Shown here: positions 56,453-64,000 of the stretch, one piece after another
How positions within the stretch are numbered: the first letter of the stretch is position 1
Layout of the letters: every line of letters begins with the position of its first letter
Source: Candidatus Moraniibacteriota bacterium
Lineage (GTDB): Bacteria > Patescibacteriota > Minisyncoccia > Moranbacterales > UBA2206
DNA length: 64,000 bases
NCBI GenBank assembly: GCA_049304095.1
Contig: JBAQNU010000029.1
Span: forward strand, 34,222 to 98,221
Direction of reading: 5' to 3'
Notes under the pieces: model-generated
What the model saw: the letters and a program-made list of their open reading frames with translations, nothing else
Database searches by the model: none
Told to the model about the DNA's origin: nothing
Made by a program: the position numbers and the translations under genes

Positions 56453-57163
56453 ATTTAAAGTTTAGCAGAAATTTTTAGGGAAAACAAAAAACACCCTTTC
56501 TTTGGTGCTTATTTTTTCTATCATACTATTAAATCCCCTCTCTTTTTCGTCGGTTTTCAGAGCTAGGCTGAAAACCGACGGGCTCAACACCCAATAAAAA
56601 ATAAATTTGGCGAGAGCCCGCCAGCTGTTTGTCATATACTAACAGGTGATGCGGAAACGATTTAGTCCGGGTGAGACATCGTCGTTATGACACGCCTGTA
56701 TTTTATGTATATAACGCAAGATTATTTCTATCCTGACGTTAGAAATGTTGTTTTACCATTCTCTGGTGATTTTTCACCTTTGAATTTGAAAGAACTATTG
56801 TTTTTATTATTTATTTTTATATTTTTATAAATAATTTTTGTTTTTATTTTGGGTCTCCGATGTCAGAAATCGAAGCGGTCTCGACGCGTTGGTCGTGACA
56901 CTTGAACAGTAAAACAATTTTCAATCACAAATAGGGGGAAATTGTGATTGAAAATTGTGTTACCGTTCCGTTACTTTCAAGTTTTTAATGTTCAATATAT
57001 CTATTATAGCAAAACTTGGAGTGTGCGTCAACGCTAAAATTAGTTTTGGCTTTGAATCGCGTTATCTGCAATTAAATGAGCGGAATTTTTTTAAAATGGG
57101 ATATGGGATAAATTGGCGAAAATAAAAAGTCAGCTACTTTTTTAGGGCTAGGGCAAGCGTTTT
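56453..57163. other. 711-bp non-coding region containing very stable stem-loops (candidate structured ncRNA or leader)
   Basis: 13-bp perfect hairpin CGTCGGTTTTCAGagctaggCTGAAAACCGACG (56538-56570). 10-bp perfect hairpin TCAATCACAAatagggggaaaTTGTGATTGA (56921-56951). No ORF of 60 aa or more on either strand. Confidence 0.35.
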
Positions 57164-58363
57164 TTATTGGCCCATAGAATTATCCACAGATTCTTCTTCA
57201 TCTAGTATGACTGATGGAGCTGCTTGACTAGAGACTTGACCTAGGTGATCAATAAGGGCATACATGGTCATTTTTGTAGTGCCAATCAGCAATTTATTTT
57301 TCGTGACAGCATAATCAACAGAAAGATTCTCCGGGGAGATGATATTTTGATAGCGAATATTTACATTCTTATACTCATTGTCATAGAAAGGCTCGTCCTT
57401 GCTGTAGTTGGCTACAAAAAAGAGTGAGCTAATTTCATCAGCCAGATTTTTTTCTTCCTGAATCAGAGCCTTACTAAGAACTGTTTCATCTTTGGCATCA
57501 ATTACCAGGCCAACTCTTGATACGACAGTGTCATTGTAGATAAAGAGGCTAAAGGTGTTTCCTAGGCTGCTTGTAAGAGTAGGAGAAAGACTTAGGCCAA
57601 ATCGAACAGAAAAATCATTAAAAGTTAATGGAGCATTTTTTTCGTCAGTAGGGATAAACTCTATTGGCTTGGTGTAGCCCTCAGTGGTGACTTTTTGGAT
57701 ATATTGAGCAAGAAGGTCTTTGGTTTTTTGTGTGTCTCCGCTATTTTCTCCAAGTGGAAGATAGTTTGGTGAGCTTTCGGAAAAAGAAAGAGAAGGCATC
57801 GTTGGTTGTTCGGGGATGGTTGGAGCAACTTCTTCTGTGGGTGTTTCTTCTGAGTTCTCTGACTCCGGGTTGATTAATGGGGGCTGTTCGTTGGTTTGGG
57901 TAGCTTTTTTTTGCCAAAAGGAGTAACCAGCAAATGCTAGTGCAAAAACTAAAACCAGTGAAATAAGAAAAAGAGTGACCACTTTCCAGTTGATGGGCTC
58001 TGTCTTTGTCGGCGAAGTTATCTTAGGTGTTTCTATCGGAGCGCTTTTGGGGGTGGTGATTTTTGTTTGAGGCGTTGTTGCGCCAGGTGCTTCGCTGAGG
58101 ATGGAACGTTCGTTCCAAGAATTTTCAGGACTAAGAAAAGGGCTAGTTTTTTGTTTTTCAGATAGATTTTCTTCTGTGGTAGTGTTTTTATTTTGGACAG
58201 AAGGAACATTTTTTGCGTTGGTAGGATTTTTTATTTGCGCCATGTCATCTGCCATTGTATGAACAGGAAAATCTTCAATATTAAAGCTATCTTTCTGATT
58301 TAGGTTGGCGGAAGAGGGGTTAGTTTTGAGATTAGTGTCAGCGTTATTTTTTAGACCAAACAT
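57164..58363 (-). CDS. hypothetical single-pass membrane protein (P/T/N-rich N-terminal region)
   Basis: 399 aa. TM at INWKVVTLFLISLVLVFALAFAGYSFW. No motif recognised. Confidence 0.4.
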   Translation of the reverse strand: MFGLKNNADTNLKTNPSSANLNQKDSFNIEDFPVHTMADDMAQIKNPTNAKNVPSVQNKNTTTEENLSEKQKTSPFLSPENSWNERSILSEAPGATTPQTKITTPKSAPIETPKITSPTKTEPINWKVVTLFLISLVLVFALAFAGYSFWQKKATQTNEQPPLINPESENSEETPTEEVAPTIPEQPTMPSLSFSESSPNYLPLGENSGDTQKTKDLLAQYIQKVTTEGYTKPIEFIPTDEKNAPLTFNDFSVRFGLSLSPTLTSSLGNTFSLFIYNDTVVSRVGLVIDAKDETVLSKALIQEEKNLADEISSLFFVANYSKDEPFYDNEYKNVNIRYQNIISPENLSVDYAVTKNKLLIGTTKMTMYALIDHLGQVSSQAAPSVILDEEESVDNSMGQ

Positions 58364-58387
58364 TTTTTTGTTTTTTTAGTTTAAATT

Positions 58388-58420
58388 AAAAAAAATAGAA
58401 GTGGACACTTGTCCACTTCT
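58388..58420 (-). terminator. rho-independent terminator of pnp
   Basis: The minus strand reads AGAAGTGGACAagTGTCCACTTCT followed by T8, immediately after the pnp stop. Confidence 0.7.
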
Positions 58421-58454
58421 ATTATATAGCACAATCTAAATTTTGACTAATTTT

Positions 58455-60563
58455 TTATTCTTGAGGTTTGGCGAGTCTCGCTGAAAGATTAATTCGGCCT
58501 TGTGCATCAATCTCTTTTACCTTGACCGGAACGACATCTCCAACGCTCAAAACATCTTCCACTTTTTCAATTCGACGCTCAGCAATTTCAGAAATATGAA
58601 TGAGGCCTTCTTGTCCAGGGAGGATTTCAGCAAAAGCGCCAAACGCCATGATGCGTGTGACTTTAGCATTGAAAAGTTCTCCCGCTTTTACTTCATGGGT
58701 AAGGTTGTCAATCCATTCTTTAGCTTTTCCGGCAGAAACTTGATCGGGAGAAGTGATGAAGATCATACCGCTATCCTCAATGTCAATTTGCACTCCAGTT
58801 TGGTCGATAATTTCATTGATAATTTTGCCACCAGTGCCAATAACATTACGGATTTTCTCCGGATTAATTTGCATGGTGATGATTCTTGGCGCATATTGAG
58901 ACATTTCTTTGCGCGGTTCTGGCAGAGTATCGGTGATTTTCTTTAAAATCTCCAAGCGATTTCGGTGTGATTGAGCAAGAACAGCGGAAAGCATTTCCAG
59001 TGTGACACCATCTACTTTCACATCCATTTGCATTGCCGTGATGCCTTTTTCCGTTCCAGCAACCTTGAAGTCCATGTCGCCATAGTGATCTTCGAGTCCC
59101 TGGATATCGGTGAGAATTTTAAATTTATCATCTTTTCCCACAATTATTCCCATGGCAATGCCAGAAACTGGGCGCTTAATTGGCACACCAGCGTCCATCA
59201 GCGATAGTGTGGAACCACAAGTAGAAGCCATCGAAGAAGAGCCGTTGGAGGAAAGAATCTCAGAAACTAAGAGGATGGTGTAGGGAAATTCTTCCTTGGA
59301 AGGTAAAACTGGCACGAGTGCTTTTTCAGCGAGAGCGCCATGGCCTACTTCGCGTCGGCCAGGTCCTCGCATTGGTCGCACCTCACCAACGGAATATGGT
59401 GGGAAGTTATAATGATGGATGTAGCGTTTTTTCATATCCACTTCCATCGTGTCAATTACTTGTTCGTCTCCAGGAGAACCGAGTGTTGTGACTGTGAGAG
59501 CTTGTGTTTCTCCACGGGTGAATAGTCCCGTGCCGTGGGTGCGTGGTAAGATGCCGGTGCGACATTCGATGTGACGAATTTCATCTAGTTTTCTTGAGTC
59601 CGGTCGCAGTTCATGTTCCAAAATATTTTGATGCACAATCTCATCAGACACTTCTTCAAAGACAATCTCAGCTACTTCTTTGAGTTTATCCACCTCTTGG
59701 GGAAAAGTTGCCTTAATATATTCCTTAACCTTGTCTTGGATGGCGCTCATTTTTTCTTCGATCACTTTTTTGTCTTTGTCATAGAGCGCTTCAGCCAAGT
59801 TTTCAGTCAAGAGGATTTCCTTTACTTTTTCTTCAAACTCAGGCGTTCCAGCCACAAGCGTAGGCATATTTTTTTCTTTTCCAATTTCTTTTTGAATTTC
59901 TAAAATAAAGTCTACGATTTTTTTAATTGCAAGTTGTCCAAAAGTGAAGGCTCGGAGCATCTCTTCTTCAGAAATTTCCATTGCTCCGCTTTCAATCATA
60001 TTGACTTTGTCGGCACTGCCGGAAATAAGTAAGTCTAGTCCACCCTCAGTCAATTCTCCATTAGTGACAGGATTTAGCACAAATTCGCCATCAGCCTTTT
60101 CAACACGCACTGCCGCGACTGGTCCATTCCAGGGAATATTGGAAATGGCGAGAGCTGTTGATGCAGCAATAATAGCAATTGTGTCAGGATCATTTTCGCA
60201 GTCATAGGAAAGCACGGTGACAATCACTTGCACATCGTTTCGCATTCTATGATTGAAAAGTGGTCGAATTGTGCGGTCCACTGCACGTCCTGAAAGAACT
60301 GCGTCGTCTGATGGTCGTCCCTCACGCTTGATAAAACGTGATCCTTTGATTTTTCCAGCGGCATAGTAGCGCTCTTCGAAATCTACCATCAATGGAAAAT
60401 AGCCACTGACGCGCGAAGCGCCTTTGCTCATTACAGCTGTTGCGAGCACGACTGTGTCGCCATAGCGCACCGTTACGGCGCCATTAGCTTGTCCGGCGAG
60501 TAGCCCGGTTTCGATTTCCAAAATTCGTCCTCCAATCTGGAGTGACCATTTTTTTTGGTTCAT
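58455..60563 (-). CDS. pnp: polynucleotide phosphorylase
   Basis: 702 aa with two RNase PH domains, KH and S1. FLREGRPSD and GGTRGE-like motifs. Typical N-terminus MNQKKWSLQIGGRILEIETG. Confidence 0.95.
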   Translation of the reverse strand: MNQKKWSLQIGGRILEIETGLLAGQANGAVTVRYGDTVVLATAVMSKGASRVSGYFPLMVDFEERYYAAGKIKGSRFIKREGRPSDDAVLSGRAVDRTIRPLFNHRMRNDVQVIVTVLSYDCENDPDTIAIIAASTALAISNIPWNGPVAAVRVEKADGEFVLNPVTNGELTEGGLDLLISGSADKVNMIESGAMEISEEEMLRAFTFGQLAIKKIVDFILEIQKEIGKEKNMPTLVAGTPEFEEKVKEILLTENLAEALYDKDKKVIEEKMSAIQDKVKEYIKATFPQEVDKLKEVAEIVFEEVSDEIVHQNILEHELRPDSRKLDEIRHIECRTGILPRTHGTGLFTRGETQALTVTTLGSPGDEQVIDTMEVDMKKRYIHHYNFPPYSVGEVRPMRGPGRREVGHGALAEKALVPVLPSKEEFPYTILLVSEILSSNGSSSMASTCGSTLSLMDAGVPIKRPVSGIAMGIIVGKDDKFKILTDIQGLEDHYGDMDFKVAGTEKGITAMQMDVKVDGVTLEMLSAVLAQSHRNRLEILKKITDTLPEPRKEMSQYAPRIITMQINPEKIRNVIGTGGKIINEIIDQTGVQIDIEDSGMIFITSPDQVSAGKAKEWIDNLTHEVKAGELFNAKVTRIMAFGAFAEILPGQEGLIHISEIAERRIEKVEDVLSVGDVVPVKVKEIDAQGRINLSARLAKPQE

Positions 60564-60763
60564 TTAGTTGTTGAGAAGTCTCATTTGGCTTTTTCTTAAG
60601 CCAAAGACAAGTTGCGTGACGATGATTTACGAATTGGGACCGGCAAATTTTTGCCAACCTTAATTCATAAATCCTCAAACATTTTGCCTTTAAAAGTGAC
60701 TTCGAGATAAATAGTTAACTGTTTAATGCTAGCCTATTTTTGTTATTTTGGCAAGCTTTCGTA

Positions 60764-61183
60764 TCATACTGACGCGATTATGGTTGGGCCTTGGCTATTT
60801 TCATTTCTATTGGAAAAAGCTAAATAAGCGGGGATGATTAGGTTGATTGGCGTAATTATCATAAGAATTCCAATCCATTGGGGTTTTCCTAAGGCCTTGG
60901 AGATACCCATCCAAAGCAAAATACCAGTGATAATGTTTATTATTGGCACAAAAAGCAAGATTATCCACCAATCTGGTTTTTTGGCGATGCGGACCATAAG
61001 GAAAAAGTCAAGAATGGGAAGCCAGGCAAACCAGGCATTTTCCGTGGCAGTCTTTTTAGCAATCCTAAAAAGACAAAAAGCAAAATAGAGGTAATAAATA
61101 ACGACGAAGATAAAAAGAAACAAAATCATTCCTTCGCCCTTTGATAAGATGCTAAAAAAATCAGCAGCATTATTTTGGTTCAT
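60764..61183 (-). CDS. hypothetical small polytopic membrane protein
   Basis: 139 aa with 3-4 TM helices and no motif recognised. Confidence 0.4.
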   Translation of the reverse strand: MNQNNAADFFSILSKGEGMILFLFIFVVIYYLYFAFCLFRIAKKTATENAWFAWLPILDFFLMVRIAKKPDWWIILLFVPIINIITGILLWMGISKALGKPQWIGILMIITPINLIIPAYLAFSNRNENSQGPTIIASV

Positions 61184-61201
61184 TTTTTTGTTTTTTTTAA
61201 A

Positions 61202-61699
61202 TTAAATTAGAAACTTTTTCTTGTTTTCACTTAGATTGATGAAGTCGTCTAGTTCCTCAACTAATTTGTTGCTAGTAGATTCTACAAAAGCAATGCCTTC
61301 TACGCGGCAACCAGTTGTGGATTGGATATACTTAACCAGAGGAATATAATCTCCATCACCAGAAACCAAAACAATTGCATCAAGCGTTTTGGACATTTTG
61401 ATGGCATCTACCGCAATTCCCACATCCCAATCCCCCTTTTTGGCTCCACCGGGGAAAATTTGCAAGTCTTTGGTTTTGACTTCATAACCGACTTTTTCCA
61501 ATGCATCAAAAAATTTCTCCTCCTGACCTTCTAATGTTTTGATGCCATAAGCGATGGCGCGGATGAGTTTTCGGTCTCCTACAGCTTCTTTTAGAACCTG
61601 ACCGAAGTTGACTTTTTTTTGATGCAAGACTTTCGCGCTATAGTAGAGATTTTGGATGTCCACCAACACGCCAATGCGTTGTTCTTTATATATACTCAT
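61202..61699 (-). CDS. NYN-domain (LabA-like) putative RNase
   Basis: IGVLVDIQNLYYS...LVSGDGDYIPLV matches the NYN/LabA acidic-residue pattern. Confidence 0.7.
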   Translation of the reverse strand: MSIYKEQRIGVLVDIQNLYYSAKVLHQKKVNFGQVLKEAVGDRKLIRAIAYGIKTLEGQEEKFFDALEKVGYEVKTKDLQIFPGGAKKGDWDVGIAVDAIKMSKTLDAIVLVSGDGDYIPLVKYIQSTTGCRVEGIAFVESTSNKLVEELDDFINLSENKKKFLI

Positions 61700-61723
61700 A
61701 ATTTTTGTTGTTTTAAGCTAAAA

Positions 61724-61746
61724 AGCAAAATGATAATCATTTTGCT
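61724..61746 (-). terminator. stem-loop with T-runs on both sides, directly downstream of rpsO (terminator/attenuator)
   Basis: AGCAAAATGAtaaTCATTTTGCT flanked by A/T runs. Confidence 0.4.
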
Positions 61747-61758
61747 TTTTAGGTATAG

Positions 61759-62028
61759 CTAGCTTTTTAGATCTAATTTTTTGATAAGCGCTTTATAGTC
61801 TTTCTCGTTAGTTTTTTTCAGGTAATCCAGGAGTTTTCTCCTTTTGGAAACCATTTGCAGAAGTCCGCGACGAGAATGAAAATCTTTTGGATTCTTTTTG
61901 AGATGGGTTGTTAGTTTTTTGATTGTTTCGGTAAAAAGCGCAACTTGGTATTCTGGTGAACCAGTGTCCTTGTCGTGTCTCTTAACTTCCTTGGTAACCT
62001 TGTCTTTTTGCTTGCCTGTGAGAGCCAT
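61759..62028 (-). CDS. rpsO: 30S ribosomal protein S15
   Basis: 89 aa. [31 protein letters not shown] is the S15 signature. Confidence 0.9.
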   Translation of the reverse strand: MALTGKQKDKVTKEVKRHDKDTGSPEYQVALFTETIKKLTTHLKKNPKDFHSRRGLLQMVSKRRKLLDYLKKTNEKDYKALIKKLDLKS

Positions 62029-62226
62029 AGCGTTTTTGAGGCAAAACAGAAGTTGCGACTGCGCGTCAACTGCTGTTTGCTAGTAATGAATGATTATAAA
62101 TAAACTGTATACTAGAATTGGAGTTTTGGCAAGCTCCAGGAATATTTTATACTAGCAGAAGCGTATTATCATGCTGGCCCACCTGGCAGACAGGCATCTC
62201 TACTGCTCTTGTGCTACAATACTTCT

Positions 62227-64000
62227 ATGACTAATATCTTAGAGAATTTAAATCCTTCCCAGCGTGAGGCGGTGGAAACGACCGAAGGGCCGGTTTTGGT
62301 CATTGCGGGGGCAGGATCAGGCAAAACGCGAGCATTGACTTTTCGCACAGCCTATTTAATTTGCGAAAAAGGTGTGCGAACTGGGCAGATTTTGGCTGTC
62401 ACTTTTACCAATAAAGCAGCCAAAGAAATGCAAGAACGAATCGCGCAACTACTTTCCGAGCAGGGTTTCAAGGGGCATCTTCCTTTGGTGGGCACTTTTC
62501 ATTCGATTTGTGCAAGGCTTTTGCGCTCAGAAATTGGCAAAATTGGCTTTGAAAGTAATTTTAATATCTTCGATGCCCAAGATCAGCAAAGTCTCATCAA
62601 AAAAACAATGAAAGAATTGGGCGTTGACCCGACGCAATTTCGTCCGCAAAGCATTCTCGGGACAATTTCCAAGGCCAAAAATGAACTAATTGACGCGCGT
62701 ATGTTTCAAGCCTCGGTTAGTGGTTATTGGGAGGAAATTGTTTCGAAAATCTATCTGGCTTATCAGGAAAGACTTAAAAAGAATAACGCGCTGGATTTTG
62801 ATGATATTTTGATGCTTTTGGTCAAGATTTTTCAGTCATATCCAGAAGTATTGGAAAAATATCAAAATATTTTTCGCTATATTATGGTGGATGAATATCA
62901 AGACACTAATCACGCGCAATATGTGCTCATTAAAATGCTCTCCGATAAGCACAAAAATATCTGTGTTGTGGGAGACGACTGGCAAGGAATTTATTCTTGG
63001 CGCGGAGCCAATATTCAAAACATTCTCGATTTTGAAAAAGACTATCCGACTGCCAAAGTGGTGAAATTAGAGCAGAATTATCGCTCAACCCAGCAGATCC
63101 TGGACGCGGCCTATGGTGTGATTTCCAAAAATATCAATCGCAAAGACAAAAAAATCTGGACGGATAACAAGGCGGGGCATCTTCTCGCTTCCTATGAGGC
63201 CGAAGATGAGGGTGATGAGGCGCAATTTATTGTTTCTGAAGTGCTTAATCTGCGCAATAAAGGCGTGAAGTTAAATAATGTGGTTGTTCTTTACAGGACT
63301 AATGCTCAATCGCGTATCATTGAGGAGGCTTTTTTGGGCAACTCGATTCCCTATCGTATTATCGGTGGATTAAAATTTTATCAACGAAAAGAAATTAAAG
63401 ACATTATCGCCTATTTGCGCCTGGTTGAGAATTTTAATGATGAGATCTCCTTGGAGCGAATTATAAACGAGCCAAAAAGAGGGATTGGAGATAAAACGGT
63501 AGAAAAATGGGTGGCTTTTGCAAAAGTGAATAATTTCAATCTGGTTGAGGCGGGACTATTGATGTCAATCCGCCAGCCGGCGGAAGGCTCATTGAGTACT
63601 AAAATTATTAAAACTAAGCTAGATAATATTACCAAATTTTGTGAGTTTATAAAACGAATGCAAGAGGTGAAAAATAAACTGACTCTGGCGGATTTTATTC
63701 AAAAGATTTTTGCGGAAAGTGGCTATGAAAGACAACTAATGGACGGCACGGATGAAGGACAAATGCGCGTGGAGAATGTGCGGGAACTTTTGACTGTGGC
63801 CAAAAAATATGACGCTTTCAAAGAGGGAGATGGCTTGCGTTTATTCTTAGAAGAAGTGGCACTTGTTGCAGACACGGACAGCATTGATCAATCGAGTGAA
63901 GCAGTTCATCTAATGACACTTCACTCAGCCAAGGGCTTGGAGTTTCAATATGTTTTCATTGTTGGGCTAGAAGAAGGCATCTTGCCTCATTCGCGCAGTA
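62227..64000 (+). CDS. uvrD: 3'-truncated CDS: UvrD/PcrA-type superfamily 1 DNA helicase
   Basis: LNPSQREAV, AGAGSGKTRALT (Walker A), VDEYQDTN (motif II), QNYRST. The ORF runs off the window end, so it is absent from the ORF track. Confidence 0.85.
   Translation, partial: MTNILENLNPSQREAVETTEGPVLVIAGAGSGKTRALTFRTAYLICEKGVRTGQILAVTFTNKAAKEMQERIAQLLSEQGFKGHLPLVGTFHSICARLLRSEIGKIGFESNFNIFDAQDQQSLIKKTMKELGVDPTQFRPQSILGTISKAKNELIDARMFQASVSGYWEEIVSKIYLAYQERLKKNNALDFDDILMLLVKIFQSYPEVLEKYQNIFRYIMVDEYQDTNHAQYVLIKMLSDKHKNICVVGDDWQGIYSWRGANIQNILDFEKDYPTAKVVKLEQNYRSTQQILDAAYGVISKNINRKDKKIWTDNKAGHLLASYEAEDEGDEAQFIVSEVLNLRNKGVKLNNVVVLYRTNAQSRIIEEAFLGNSIPYRIIGGLKFYQRKEIKDIIAYLRLVENFNDEISLERIINEPKRGIGDKTVEKWVAFAKVNNFNLVEAGLLMSIRQPAEGSLSTKIIKTKLDNITKFCEFIKRMQEVKNKLTLADFIQKIFAESGYERQLMDGTDEGQMRVENVRELLTVAKKYDAFKEGDGLRLFLEEVALVADTDSIDQSSEAVHLMTLHSAKGLEFQYVFIVGLEEGILPHSRS

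Noticed and set aside
56600-56700. Possible RNase P RNA: the segment ggaaacgatttagtccgggtgag resembles GGAAAGUCCGGGC of P4.
   Set aside because: The match is interrupted. The complementary P4 3' strand (ACCCGGCUUA-like) is not found within 400 nt on either strand. A covariance-model search is needed before calling it.
60484-60678. 64-aa minus-strand ORF overlapping the pnp start and 5' UTR.
   Set aside because: It overlaps the well-supported pnp N-terminus in another frame. The pnp leader region is expected to be structured and non-coding.
1-64000. CRISPR arrays, rRNA genes, integrases/transposases.
   Set aside because: Neither strand shows a regularly spaced repeat-spacer array, an rRNA-like segment or a recombinase motif. 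Apart from the GIY-YIG unit, no mobile-element enzymes are present.

Overview
Low-GC, gene-dense bacterial window whose gene content looks like a Candidate Phyla Radiation / Patescibacteria genome (inference). Main contents in order. (1) 1-3.9 kb: an ATP-grasp / Mur-ligase cluster that reads as a cyanophycin-synthetase-like enzyme split over separate genes, preceded by a RimK-like ATP-grasp fused to a retropepsin-like protease domain. (2) PBP1A, then a class II Fic protein with a consensus promoter carrying direct repeats. (3) 9.4-22.6 kb: an accessory-looking region with three paralogous TrmB-like HTH regulators that share a conserved promoter motif, a 106-bp direct repeat that is a regulator 3' end relic, duplicated terminators, GC-rich likely horizontally acquired genes (a SAM methyltransferase and a Cys/Trp-rich orphan), a DinD homolog, hydrolases, folE-queD, methyltransferases and a hairpin-packed intergenic region. 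(4) The chromosomal origin: DUF721, dnaN, a DnaA-box cluster, dnaA, rpmH (missed by the ORF track), rnpA, yidC, jag. (5) A surface-polysaccharide cluster: flippase, two GT2, two O-antigen-ligase-like genes. (6) 33.3-49.2 kb: a roughly 16-kb minus-strand type IV secretion-like cluster with a VirB4 ATPase, VirB3/VirB6-like membrane proteins, two pilin-like proteins with Cys-rich C-terminal domains (one with an SLT-like lytic transglycosylase motif), a 950-aa Cys-rich surface protein and a CPBP protease. (7) A UbiA-family prenyltransferase with an extra N-terminal membrane domain; a GIY-YIG nuclease gene bracketed by 34-bp inverted repeats (candidate small mobile element); rsmA, RlpA-like, comM, lspA, dksA/traR-like, yraN; a 700-bp non-coding stretch with strong stem-loops; pnp and rpsO separated by an NYN-nuclease gene; and the 5' part of uvrD/pcrA. 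Coordinates were counted by hand from the sequence. No alignments, GC calculations or covariance models were run.
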